Assembly (NCBI GenBank): GCA_050952805.1
Contig: JBMNLM010000001.1
Location: 90,559-154,558 of the forward strand
Source of the DNA: Bacilli bacterium
Lineage (GTDB): Bacteria > Bacillota_I > Bacilli_A > RFN20 > CAG-826
DNA: 64,000 nt
Direction of reading: 5' to 3'
Shown here: positions 52,852 through 62,555 of the stretch, piece by piece
How the letters are laid out: every line of letters begins with the position of its first letter
How positions within the stretch are numbered: position 1 is the first letter of the stretch
Notes under the pieces: generated by a model
Databases searched by the model: none
The model's input: only the letters and a program-made list of their open reading frames with translations
What the model was told of the DNA's origin: nothing
Translations under genes and position numbers: made by a program

Positions 52852-53076
52852 TTTTAGCCATTTATTTCCTATTTTTAATTATAACAACTTCACTTATTTT
52901 TCCTAGGCAAAATAGAGAATTTTTGGCATATTTTAGAAAAAAATAAAATAAAAAAAAGAGAAATAATATTATATATACTTGTATATTTATAATAAAAGTA
53001 TATGAATTAGAAATATCTTTGTTATAATAAAATACGAAATTATGATAATTAATTATACGATGAGGAATAATTTGTA

Positions 53077-55047
53077 ATGGAAAATAATAAAAGAGAAATT
53101 GCCTATACCGCCGATTCAATTGACGTTCTTGAAGGTCTTGAAGGCGTAAGAAAACGACCCGCGATGTACATAGGTTCAACTAACACTGTTGGCCTACATC
53201 ATTTAATTTGGGAAGTCGTAGACAATGCTGTTGACGAAGCGATGAGTGGATACGGCGATAAAATTTCGATTACAATTCATAAAGATGGATCCGTTAGTGT
53301 TCAAGACGAAGGAAGAGGAATTCCAACTGGTATTAATAAAAAAACTGGTGTACCTGCAGTACATCTAATTTTCTCTCGTCTTCACACTGGCGGAAAATTT
53401 AGCGAAAGTGCTTATAAAACGAGCGCAGGTCTTCACGGAGTTGGTGTAACTGTAACGAACGCTCTAAGTGAATGGCTCGATGTTACGATTTGGCGCGATG
53501 GTAAAATTCATCATATTCGCTATGAAAATGGCGGCCAACTTGTCGTTCCTTTAGAAGTAATCGGCAATACTAATCGCCACGGGACTTTAGTTACCTTTAA
53601 ACCTGATAAAACGATATTTAAAACTGTTGATTTTAAGTGGGATACAATTACATCCCATATTCAAGAAAGTGCCTTTTTACTTAAAAAAGTTCGATTTTAT
53701 GTAAAGGATGAGCGAACTGGTCTAGAAGAAACGTATTATTACGAAAACGGTCTTCTAGAATATATGGAAATCATAAATCGTAATAAAAAACCCTTAGGTT
53801 CAATTATTTATTTTGAAGAATCTTATGAAGGTACGAACGCTAATAAGCTTGATTTTCCAATTGAAATGGAAATCGCGATGCAGTGGTGCGTTGAAGATTA
53901 TGGCGAAACTGTTTTATCCTATGTAAATAACGTAAGAACAAAAGACGGCGGGACTCATGAAACTGGTTTTCGAACAGGTCTAACACGCTGCGTAAATGAT
54001 TTTGCGATTGAAAATAATTTATTAAGAGGAAAAACGAAACTTGAAGGAAGCGATATCCGTGAAGGTTTAACGGCGATTATTTCGCTTCGAATTCCTGAAG
54101 GTCCGCTGGAATTTGAAGGACAAACGAAGGGAAAACTTGGAACTCCTGAAGCCTTAAGTGCAGTAAATAACTTTATTTACAATAAATTTATGTATTATTT
54201 GCATGAAAATCGTGAATTTGCCGTTAATCTTGTAAAAAAATGTCAAGATGCGCAAACGGCAAGACTTGCAGCCCGCAAAGCAAAAGAAACTTTGCGAAAA
54301 ACAAAAAAACCGCGAAATGAGATCATATTAAGCGGGAAATTAACACCTGCTCAAAGTAAAGATTTTAAGAAAAATGAACTCTTTATCGTTGAAGGGGATA
54401 GTGCAGGAGGCACAGCTCGAACTGGTCGCGATCGCGAGTTTCAAGCAATTTTACCACTTCGCGGAAAACCACTAAATACAGATACAAGTACTGTTGAAAA
54501 GGTCCTAAAAAACGAGGAATTTGCGACACTAATTAATACAATTGGCGCTGGCTTTGGCAAAGATTTTGATATTGATGAATGTCATTATGGAAAAATTATT
54601 ATTATGACTGACGCTGATACCGATGGTGCGCACATTCAAACCTTACTTTTAACATTTTTCTATCATTATATGAAACCTTTATTAAAAGCAGGAATGGTCT
54701 ATCTTGCCGCTCCGCCGCTATATCGTGTTTATAAAAATGTTAAAGGAAAACTAATTTATGCCTATGCATGGGACGATAAAACGCTAGAAGAAGCAAAAGA
54801 AAAAATTGGTCCTGGATACAAAATTAATCGTTATAAAGGCTTAGGAGAAATGAATGCTGAGCAGCTTTGGGAAACGACGATGAATCCTCGAACGAGAAAT
54901 TTAATTAGAATAAACATTGAAGATCCTCTACTCGTTGAAATGCGTGTCCACGTTCTTATGGGAAAAGATTCTTCGGTAAGAAGAAAGTGGATTGAAGAAA
55001 ACGTTGATTTTAATGCATATGACGAATTCATTGAGGAGGTTAAATAA
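53077..55047 (+). CDS. parE: DNA topoisomerase IV subunit B
   Basis: VRKRPAMYIGS, GLHGVG, EGDSAGG, DADTDGAHI, RYKGLGEMN; plsY-parE-parC synteny. Confidence 0.9.
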   Translation: MENNKREIAYTADSIDVLEGLEGVRKRPAMYIGSTNTVGLHHLIWEVVDNAVDEAMSGYGDKISITIHKDGSVSVQDEGRGIPTGINKKTGVPAVHLIFSRLHTGGKFSESAYKTSAGLHGVGVTVTNALSEWLDVTIWRDGKIHHIRYENGGQLVVPLEVIGNTNRHGTLVTFKPDKTIFKTVDFKWDTITSHIQESAFLLKKVRFYVKDERTGLEETYYYENGLLEYMEIINRNKKPLGSIIYFEESYEGTNANKLDFPIEMEIAMQWCVEDYGETVLSYVNNVRTKDGGTHETGFRTGLTRCVNDFAIENNLLRGKTKLEGSDIREGLTAIISLRIPEGPLEFEGQTKGKLGTPEALSAVNNFIYNKFMYYLHENREFAVNLVKKCQDAQTARLAARKAKETLRKTKKPRNEIILSGKLTPAQSKDFKKNELFIVEGDSAGGTARTGRDREFQAILPLRGKPLNTDTSTVEKVLKNEEFATLINTIGAGFGKDFDIDECHYGKIIIMTDADTDGAHIQTLLLTFFYHYMKPLLKAGMVYLAAPPLYRVYKNVKGKLIYAYAWDDKTLEEAKEKIGPGYKINRYKGLGEMNAEQLWETTMNPRTRNLIRINIEDPLLVEMRVHVLMGKDSSVRRKWIEENVDFNAYDEFIEEVK

Positions 55048-55049
55048 AA

Positions 55050-57662
55050 ATGGCAAAAAAGACGAAAAAACAAAAAAAGTCCGAAAATACCGAACCATTT
55101 GTTGAAAATATTATTGACTTCCCAATGGAAGAAATCATGGGTGAACGGTTTGGGATTTACGCTAAAGAAGTTATTCAAAACCGGGCAATTCCTGATGCTC
55201 GCGATGGCTTAAAACCTGTTCAAAGACGGATTATTTTCTCAATGTACCAAGAAGGTAATCTTTCGAATCGTCCAACAAAGAAATGTGCTCATACAGTCGG
55301 TACTGTTATGGGTAAATATCACCCTCATGGTGATAGCTCAATTTATGAAGCTCTTGCAAGAATGTCGCAAGATTGGAACTTAAGATATCCTTTAATTGAC
55401 TTTCAAGGAAATAACGGTTCAATCGATGGCGATAGTCCGGCATCTTATAGATATACTGAATCGCGCCTTAGCGAACTAGCAGAAACACTCACATTTGAAA
55501 TTGAAAAAAATACTGTCGATCAACAGCTTACTTTTGATGATGATAGTTTTGAACCTGTCGTTTTACCTGCACGCCTTCCTAATCTATTATTAAACGGTTC
55601 GCAAGGTATCGCGGTCGCAGTTGCAACAGAAATTCCTCCTCATAACATGGGAGAAGTTATTGATGCAATCATTTATAGAATTAAGCATAAAAACGCGACA
55701 GTTAGCGACTTACGTAAGTTTATTAAAGGCCCCGATTTCCCAACTGGAGGCATCGTTTATAAAAGCGAAGGCCTTGATGAAATTTATGAAACAGGCCGCG
55801 GAAGAATTGAAATTGAAGCAAAAACGGAAATCGTACAAGCAGGAAAAATTCAACAAATTATCATTTCTGAAATTCCCTATAAAGAAAATAAATCAAATAT
55901 TCTTCGCGAAATTGGCGAAATTATCGAAAAGAAAGAAGTCGATGGTCTTCTTGATGTTCGCGATGAAAGTGACCGAAGTGGCATAAGAATTGCTATCGAT
56001 ATTCGCAAAGACGCAAATGCAGAAATTATTTTAGAATATTTACTAAATAAGACGAAGTTACGCGTAAGTTATAGTGCTAATATCGTCGCAATTGCAAATA
56101 ATCGTCCGCAAACGCTAGATTTACTTAAACTTGTTGATACGTATATTGATCATCAAGTCGAAGTTATAACGCGCGGCACAACTTTTGACTTAGAAAAAAA
56201 TAAAGCACGTCTTCATATCGTTGATGGCTTAATTAAAGCAATTAGTGTCGTTGATGAAGTCGTTGCTTTAATTAGAAGTTCAAGTAATAAACAAAATGCA
56301 AAAGAAAACTTAATTGCAAAATTTGCTTTTACAAGTGAACAAGCTGAAGCAATTTTAGCATTGCAACTATATCGCTTAACAAACACAGATATAACGCTTT
56401 TAGAAAAAGAAAAAGAAGCAACGGAATTAGAAATTAAACGCTTAAGCGAAATTTTAGAAAATCGTTCGGCGTTAAATGACTTATTAATAGCTGACTTAAA
56501 AGCATACAATAAGAAATTCGGTGATGAAAGACGGACAAAAATTACAGAAAACGGTGAAGTTATTGAAATCGATAAACGTGATTTAATCGCCGATGAAGAT
56601 GTAATGGTCGTTATCACTCGCGACGGTTATATTAAACGAAGTTCACTAAAATCTTATAAAGCAAGTGGCGATAACGCGCTTCCTGGTATAAAAAGTGGCG
56701 ATATTCTTATAATGGGCGATGAAGCTAATACAAAAGATGTCTTGCTCGTCTTTACTAATAAAGGAAATTATTGCTATATCCCGGTTTATGATATTCACGA
56801 AGGAAAATGGAAAGATGAAGGCAAACATATAAATTATCTTTGCAGTATCTCGCCAGATGAAAAACTAATTAAAGCCTTTGTCATCAAAGAATTCCGTGAA
56901 GATCTCTATTTTGTCTTAGTAACGAAAAAAGGCAAAATCAAACGTTCGCAAATTAGTGAATTTGTCGCGCTTCGTTATTCACGTCCACTAATTTGTATTC
57001 GTCTAAGTAAAGGCGATGCACTAAGTGACGTTGTTGCAACGAGCGGAAATAGTGATCTTCTTGTTGTAACTAGAAACGGGCATGCAACTTTTTATAACGA
57101 AAATGAATTAACAGTTTTAAGTTTAAGTGCCGCGGGTGTAAAAGCTATTTCGCGACTTAAAAATGATGAAATTATTGGCCTCGTTTCGCTTCATCCTCAA
57201 GAGAGGGTACACCTAGGTATAATTACCGATAATGGACACGTAAGACTCGTAGATACGGCTAGTTTTGAAAACACAGCGCGACTAGGCAAAATTCAACATG
57301 TTATGCGCGTATTTAAGAGCGACATTCATAAAATTGTTGGTCTATTACCACTAGAAAAACGCTTAGTCGATAGCCTTATAATTTACTGTCTTACAAATAG
57401 CAACGACATCGTTGCCCTACCTGTAAGCGAGCTAAAATTAATGCAAGTTGATAAGTATGCAAAACAAAATATTAAAGAGTTACAAACTGGCGAAACATTT
57501 ACTGGTGTTTACTCGTTTTTAGTCCGCTCAATTAGTGAAAAAACAAAGGCTTACGAACCGCCACAAATTAAAGAAGTCGAGGAATTAAAAGAAAGTAAAC
57601 CAGAAAAACATGATGAAGTTGGTTACGAACAAATGTCAATTTTTGATATCCTAGACGACTAA
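55050..57662 (+). CDS. parC: DNA topoisomerase IV subunit A
   Basis: RAIPDARDGLKPVQRR, HPHGDSSIY, YRYTE; no GyrA-box seen. Confidence 0.9.
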   Translation: MAKKTKKQKKSENTEPFVENIIDFPMEEIMGERFGIYAKEVIQNRAIPDARDGLKPVQRRIIFSMYQEGNLSNRPTKKCAHTVGTVMGKYHPHGDSSIYEALARMSQDWNLRYPLIDFQGNNGSIDGDSPASYRYTESRLSELAETLTFEIEKNTVDQQLTFDDDSFEPVVLPARLPNLLLNGSQGIAVAVATEIPPHNMGEVIDAIIYRIKHKNATVSDLRKFIKGPDFPTGGIVYKSEGLDEIYETGRGRIEIEAKTEIVQAGKIQQIIISEIPYKENKSNILREIGEIIEKKEVDGLLDVRDESDRSGIRIAIDIRKDANAEIILEYLLNKTKLRVSYSANIVAIANNRPQTLDLLKLVDTYIDHQVEVITRGTTFDLEKNKARLHIVDGLIKAISVVDEVVALIRSSSNKQNAKENLIAKFAFTSEQAEAILALQLYRLTNTDITLLEKEKEATELEIKRLSEILENRSALNDLLIADLKAYNKKFGDERRTKITENGEVIEIDKRDLIADEDVMVVITRDGYIKRSSLKSYKASGDNALPGIKSGDILIMGDEANTKDVLLVFTNKGNYCYIPVYDIHEGKWKDEGKHINYLCSISPDEKLIKAFVIKEFREDLYFVLVTKKGKIKRSQISEFVALRYSRPLICIRLSKGDALSDVVATSGNSDLLVVTRNGHATFYNENELTVLSLSAAGVKAISRLKNDEIIGLVSLHPQERVHLGIITDNGHVRLVDTASFENTARLGKIQHVMRVFKSDIHKIVGLLPLEKRLVDSLIIYCLTNSNDIVALPVSELKLMQVDKYAKQNIKELQTGETFTGVYSFLVRSISEKTKAYEPPQIKEVEELKESKPEKHDEVGYEQMSIFDILDD

Positions 57663-57734
57663 AAACGCCAAGATAAAAGCACTTTATGTTTTAATTTAAC
57701 CTCATTTATTATAAAATATAAATGAGGTTTTATT

Positions 57735-58259
57735 ATGGGCGCTTACACTCCAACGTATTATGCTAAATCAATTTATGAAGTTCCAAGCGATTTTTATAAA
57801 CAAAACGGCATAAAAAATTTGTTTATCGATTTAGATAATACGCTCGATTCATTTCGCACTCTTGAGCCAACAGAAAATGCGATTAATCTCATTAATGAAT
57901 TAAAAAAACACGATTATACGATTATTATTATTTCTAACAATACCGAAAAACGTGTTAAACATTATGCGACAATCTTAGGCGTAAATTATATGTATTCAAC
58001 GCGTAAGCCATTTGCATTTAAGTTTAAAAAAATGATGGAAGAAAATAACTTAGATCCAAATGAAACAATTTTAATCGGCGATCAGCTCGTTACGGATGTA
58101 AGGGCGAGTAAGCGAGCAAAAATACGCTCATTACTTACAGAAAAACTCGTTAAAGAAGATCAATGGACAACGCACATTAATCGCCTTTTTGATCGACCAA
58201 TTAGAAGACATTTAAAAAGAAAAAATAAATTAGATAGTTGGAGGAATCACTATGAGTAA
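57735..58259 (+). CDS. yqeG: YqeG HAD IIIA phosphatase
   Basis: DLDNTL, SNN, KP, IGDQLVTD. Confidence 0.9.
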   Translation: MGAYTPTYYAKSIYEVPSDFYKQNGIKNLFIDLDNTLDSFRTLEPTENAINLINELKKHDYTIIIISNNTEKRVKHYATILGVNYMYSTRKPFAFKFKKMMEENNLDPNETILIGDQLVTDVRASKRAKIRSLLTEKLVKEDQWTTHINRLFDRPIRRHLKRKNKLDSWRNHYE

Positions 58260-59382
58260 ATCACTAAAGAAGGCAAAACGCTGCTATGGATGTGGGGCTG
58301 TTTTGCAAACTGAAGACCCAGAATTAGAAGGATACGTATCAAAAGACGTCTCGCTAGAAAATGATGTCGTTCTTTGTAATAATTGCTATAGTTTACGAAA
58401 TTATAACGAAGAAACGCACTTAAAACCGATAATTTCCCAAGAGTTTTTCAAAATTATTGACAATGCTAAAAAGACAAATTCTCTTTTTGTCTACATCGTT
58501 GACCTCTTTAATTTTGAATCGAGTTTTATAAGTGAAATTAACGAAGCTCTAAAAGGTTCAACTGTATTACTCGTTGCTAATAAACGTGATTTACTTCCAA
58601 GTAGTGTAAAAGATGAAAAACTTTTCGAATATGTTAAAAAGCGTACGGAAGAAGCTGGTCTAATAGTAAGTGAAATTATGCTTGCTAGTTCAACAACTAA
58701 TTACAATATTGATTTGTTTTTAGAAAGAATGGCTGAACTTCGAAATAATCGTAATGTTTACGTTATTGGATCAGTAAGTAGCGGAAAAAGTTCGTTTATC
58801 AACACTGTTTTACGTGTTTATAAAAACGAAACATCGCATTACATTTCAACGAGTATTTACCCAAATACGACGCTTAAAGTCGTTGAAATTCCAATTGACG
58901 AAACGACCTCACTTTATGAAACACCTGGGCTTGCTATTAACAATAGCGTTTTAGGCCTATTTGAAAAGGAAGTAATTCGAACAATTGTCCCAAGAAAAGA
59001 AATTAAACCGCGAGTTTATTATCAAATCCCCGCAAATTATAGTCTATTAATTGGCGGTCTAGCACGCATTGATTTTCTTAGCGGTTCAAGAACAACATTT
59101 AAACTCTATCTTGCTCCTGGAATTAAAGTCGTCCGAATTCCTACACCAAGAGCAAGTAAAACTTTTGAAAACTTAATTAAAAATGAAAAAACCGTCCCAA
59201 TTTCTAAAAAAATTAAAGGAATTCAAGATTTAGATGCGTTTGATATTAGTTTTTCTGGAAATGATAATGTTGATATTTCAATAGCAGGTTTAGGTTGGAT
59301 TAGTTTTAAAGAAAAGAATCAAGAAATTCGTGTCTTTGCTCCCCAAGGCGTAGCAGTCACGACTAACCAAGCGAAAATTTAG
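58252..59382 (+). CDS. yqeH: Ribosome biogenesis GTPase YqeH
   Basis: CYGCG...CNNC zinc finger, NKRD, GKSSFIN, TT, ETPG, GGLARID, IAGLGW. Confidence 0.88.
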   Translation: MSKSLKKAKRCYGCGAVLQTEDPELEGYVSKDVSLENDVVLCNNCYSLRNYNEETHLKPIISQEFFKIIDNAKKTNSLFVYIVDLFNFESSFISEINEALKGSTVLLVANKRDLLPSSVKDEKLFEYVKKRTEEAGLIVSEIMLASSTTNYNIDLFLERMAELRNNRNVYVIGSVSSGKSSFINTVLRVYKNETSHYISTSIYPNTTLKVVEIPIDETTSLYETPGLAINNSVLGLFEKEVIRTIVPRKEIKPRVYYQIPANYSLLIGGLARIDFLSGSRTTFKLYLAPGIKVVRIPTPRASKTFENLIKNEKTVPISKKIKGIQDLDAFDISFSGNDNVDISIAGLGWISFKEKNQEIRVFAPQGVAVTTNQAKI

Positions 59383-59390
59383 GTGATGAT

Positions 59391-59684
59391 ATGTTAACAA
59401 ATAAGCAAAAGAAGTATTTAAAAGGCGAAGCGCATCACATAAGCGCTCAATATCAAATTGGCAAAAATTTAATTGGCCCAACGCAAATTGACTTGTTCGA
59501 TAAAGCATTAACTGCAAGAGAACTAATTAAAATTAGTGTCCAAAAAAGCGCAGTTAATGATATGGAACAAATTATTGAACACTTAACGAGCGTTTTAAAT
59601 GCTGAATTAATCGATTTACGCGGTCATATAATTACTTTATACCGGCAAAATAAACTAAATCCGAGGTATACTCTCCCAAAATGA
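59391..59684 (+). CDS. yhbY: YhbY (CRM domain) RNA-binding protein
   Basis: MLTNKQKKYLK, QIGK, RELIKI. Confidence 0.9.
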   Translation: MLTNKQKKYLKGEAHHISAQYQIGKNLIGPTQIDLFDKALTARELIKISVQKSAVNDMEQIIEHLTSVLNAELIDLRGHIITLYRQNKLNPRYTLPK

Positions 59685-60766
59685 AACGAATAATTTTTGG
59701 TGGTTCCTTTGATCCAATTCATTTTGGGCATTTAAAGATGGCAGAGCGGGCCAAAGACTTTGTTAACGCTGATATTGTTGAATTTGTCATTGCCCCGACC
59801 TCAAGATGGAAGAAGTATTATGCTGCAAGTAATCATCGTTTAGAAATGACAAATTTAATGGTTACTAACCTTACGTGGGCACGTGTTTCCGCGCTTGAAA
59901 TCGAAAGAAACGCAGAAGTTAATTATACTTTTGATACGCTTATTGAATACAAGGAAAAGTATCCTGCTGATGAGCTATTCCTTTTAATTGGCGGCGATCA
60001 AGCCGTTTTATTTCCAAAATGGCATAAAGCTAAAGAAATTTCTAAACTAGCAAAAATTCTTGTTTATGAACGCCTCCCAGAATACGTAATCGATAAGAAT
60101 ATAATTAATGAATATAATATGACGATTATAAACGGTGAAAGTCTACCTTATTCATCAACTTCGATTCGCAATTTAGAAAATTTAGGGACTAAAGAAGAAG
60201 TAATTGACTATATTACGAGTAATGACCTATATTTTATGGAGAAAATCGATAAATACATTAGTAATAAGCGAAGAAGTCACTCTTTAGAAGTTGCAAAACT
60301 TGCAAGAACAATAGCAAAAGCTAATAATCTAGATGAAGAAAAGGCGTTTATATGCGGCTTATTACACGATATTGGTAAAGAAGTAAAAGAAGATAAAGCA
60401 AAAGCGATAATGAACGAACATTATACGCAATATGCACATTTATATCGCTGGCTTCATCACCAGTTCATTGGTGAATATATCGCTAAAAACGACTTTAACA
60501 TCAGTGATCCTTCAATGTTAAGGGCAATTGAGTTTCATGCGACCGGTATTGATAATATGGATTGGTTAGGTATGGTTATTTACTCATCAGATAAAATTGA
60601 GCCAACAAGAGGATTTGATTCATCATCACTAATTAATGCCTGCCTTAAAGATTATCATGAAGGATTTATTGAAGTGCTAGAAGCAAACCGCGAATTTTTA
60701 TTAAGTAAGAATTACGATGTCCATAATGAACTGACAACAGCGTGTATGGATTTCTATTTAAAATAA
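59681..60766 (+). CDS. nadD: NadD nicotinate-nucleotide adenylyltransferase fused to YqeK HD-domain Ap4A hydrolase
   Basis: FGGSFDPIHFGH, IGGD, SSTSIR, then RRSHS, LLHDIGK, HATG, DKIEP. Confidence 0.9.
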   Translation: MKRIIFGGSFDPIHFGHLKMAERAKDFVNADIVEFVIAPTSRWKKYYAASNHRLEMTNLMVTNLTWARVSALEIERNAEVNYTFDTLIEYKEKYPADELFLLIGGDQAVLFPKWHKAKEISKLAKILVYERLPEYVIDKNIINEYNMTIINGESLPYSSTSIRNLENLGTKEEVIDYITSNDLYFMEKIDKYISNKRRSHSLEVAKLARTIAKANNLDEEKAFICGLLHDIGKEVKEDKAKAIMNEHYTQYAHLYRWLHHQFIGEYIAKNDFNISDPSMLRAIEFHATGIDNMDWLGMVIYSSDKIEPTRGFDSSSLINACLKDYHEGFIEVLEANREFLLSKNYDVHNELTTACMDFYLK

Positions 60767-60792
60767 GAAAAATAAAATTTTAGGAAATTTAG

Positions 60793-60825
60793 AAAATGCT
60801 TGATGAATAACTCAAGCATTTTTTT
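60793..60825 (+). terminator. Intrinsic terminator after nadD-yqeK
   Basis: AAAATGCTTGA-TGAATAAC-TCAAGCATTTTTTT. Confidence 0.8.
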
Positions 60826-60904
60826 AAAAATTCGCCCTGATTTATAAATTGATGATGAATTAGTAAAGTTATTAACAAAAGAAGATAATTTTCGATTATA
60901 GTTA

Positions 60905-60932
60905 AGTTGTAATAATACATATTATGTTAACT
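60905..60932 (+). other. dif: dif site (XerC/D chromosome dimer resolution)
   Basis: AGTTGTAATAA-TACATA-TTATGTTAACT; right arm matches the Firmicutes XerD arm TTATGTWAACT; 11-6-11 layout; lies at the gene-orientation switch near parEC. Confidence 0.85.
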
Positions 60933-61002
60933 AAGATATAAAATAGTACGATTTTATGGGCATGACGAAAACGAGTAATGAAATATTACCCTTTTTACCG
61001 TT

Positions 61003-61056
61003 CTATGCAGTGTGGTAAAACAGTGGGTTATCCACAGTTTTCCACAACTTGCATAG
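61003..61056. promoter_or_regulatory. Imperfect inverted repeat carrying tandem DnaA boxes
   Basis: TTATCCACA (61028-61036) and TTTTCCACA (61038-61046) inside the CTATGCA...TGCATAG hairpin. Confidence 0.7.
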
Positions 61057-61084
61057 TACTAATTAACTACTAATTAACTACTTT
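61047..61084 (-). repeat. 11-bp phased TTAGT array beside the DnaA boxes
   Basis: Minus strand AAAGTAGTTAA TTAGTAGTTAA TTAGTACTATG CAAGT; plus strand TACTAATTAAC x2. Confidence 0.8.
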
Positions 61085-61102
61085 AGAAGCTTCTTCTTAG
61101 AG

Positions 61103-61687
61103 TTAATAAATAGTACGTTCGGAAATTAATCGAATGAAACCATCAGTGATTAATTTCATTTGTTCATCAGTTAAAACTGCGACCGGGACACGATTTGGTC
61201 GTTCGTTTTCTGGGATATTGATAAGGTTAATAATTGGTTTTGCATAAATTCTAACCTTGTCGATAACCCGAATCTGACTGATGAGTGCAATACTTTCGTA
61301 GTTTTGGTAACGCCATTCTAGTAAACCGATGTTAATACGCCATAGACTGTAGTCGGTATCGTTTTCGGTAACACTAACAAGCGGGCAAACTAACACAGTT
61401 TGGCTGTGTTCGTTGGAGTCATGCAAAATGACACCATAGTGACGGCCTTTTAGCTCGTTACCAACGCTTCCTCCGTAGTCAATTTCGTAAACATCGCCTC
61501 TACGTAGATCGTAGAGTAATGTCGTTTCTTGCAAATACTTTTCATATCGTATTGCATTGCTTAGCCAATTTCCGATCTCTTCCAATGTGTCACTAGGAAG
61601 GACATCTTTTTTCAACACATAGTTGTCTTGTTGAATCCTCGCTAAGCGTTTTTTTCTGGGGTTCTTTTTATCATATTGATTTGCCAT
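61103..61687 (-). CDS. PemK/MazF-family endoribonuclease-like protein with N-terminal extension
   Basis: RRGDVYEIDYGGSVGNELKGRHYGVIL...VLVCPLVS...SQIRVIDKVRI; start ATG 61687 behind GAAAGGAGG. Confidence 0.8.
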   Translation of the reverse strand: MANQYDKKNPRKKRLARIQQDNYVLKKDVLPSDTLEEIGNWLSNAIRYEKYLQETTLLYDLRRGDVYEIDYGGSVGNELKGRHYGVILHDSNEHSQTVLVCPLVSVTENDTDYSLWRINIGLLEWRYQNYESIALISQIRVIDKVRIYAKPIINLINIPENERPNRVPVAVLTDEQMKLITDGFIRLISERTIY

Positions 61688-61785
61688 GATAAAAGACCTC
61701 CTTTCTAATTCATATTTATAAATAGGCAAGAAAAAAGGAAAATAGTCTCAAATTGTTAAAATTTATAAAAAAATCTCATATCAAC

Positions 61786-62541
61786 TTAGTTTTTAAGGAG
61801 TCTTTTTACAAAATATAAAATAAGTTCAATAATTCCAATTAAAATTATCGCAATTAGCGTTAGTGCCCACATATCAGTATAAATTACATCTTCTTGGGCG
61901 ATTCTTAGGGCAAAACCTAGTCCATATACGTTTCTTGATCCAGATATTATCTCGCTCATGATCGTTACTTTCATTCCTAGTCCAAGGCTTTGGATGATGC
62001 CTAGGTTTATACTTGAACTAGCAAGCGGCAATTTAACGCGAAATAAACTCGATAAGCCGCGATTTCCGTCAATTTTAAGGGCATTAATTATATTTTCATC
62101 GATATTAACTAGTCCGTTTACAGTAGCTTCATAAATTAAAGGAAACATTAAGATAAAGCTAACAATTACAGGTGCATAAGCAATTTTTGTTAGAGAAATT
62201 AAAATTAAGATAAGACTAGCAGTCGGTATCGTGCGCAACGTAACTATTAAGGGATTTAAAAACGCGTAAAAGCCCTTAAAAGTGCCACCTAGAATCCCAA
62301 GTATTAATCCACATAAAATCGCAAAAGCAAGGGAAATAAGCAAGCGTAATAATGTGTAACCTATATGAAGATACGTATTTCCTTCTCCAAGTAATGAAAA
62401 AAGGCGACCAAAGGTCGCTTTTGGGCTAGGAAGGATTGGGCTATTAATTGTAAGCGCTAATATTAGCCAAATAAGAAATAAAGCGAGTACGCCAGCAATC
62501 GTTAGGAGTGTCTTTTTGTTCTTTTTAAAGAAATTAGCCAT
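61786..62541 (-). CDS. ABC transporter permease (NitT/TauT-like)
   Basis: ILPSP, TLLRL, NPLIVTLRTIP, EAA-like loop, SEII...GLG. Confidence 0.85.
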   Translation of the reverse strand: MANFFKKNKKTLLTIAGVLALFLIWLILALTINSPILPSPKATFGRLFSLLGEGNTYLHIGYTLLRLLISLAFAILCGLILGILGGTFKGFYAFLNPLIVTLRTIPTASLILILISLTKIAYAPVIVSFILMFPLIYEATVNGLVNIDENIINALKIDGNRGLSSLFRVKLPLASSSINLGIIQSLGLGMKVTIMSEIISGSRNVYGLGFALRIAQEDVIYTDMWALTLIAIILIGIIELILYFVKRLLKN

Positions 62542-62555
62542 AAATACTTAAATAA

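Noticed and set aside
52862-53179. 105-aa minus ORF across the plsY-parE spacer
   Set aside because: Low-complexity F/Y/I product from the AT-rich divergent promoter, overlapping the parE start
61003-61084. Chromosomal oriC
   Set aside because: No dnaA/dnaN, only two good boxes, genes converge rather than diverge, and dif is adjacent
61688-61785. Type III (ToxIN-like) RNA antitoxin upstream of the MazF-fold gene
   Set aside because: No tandem 30-60 nt repeats or terminator in the 98-bp upstream gap
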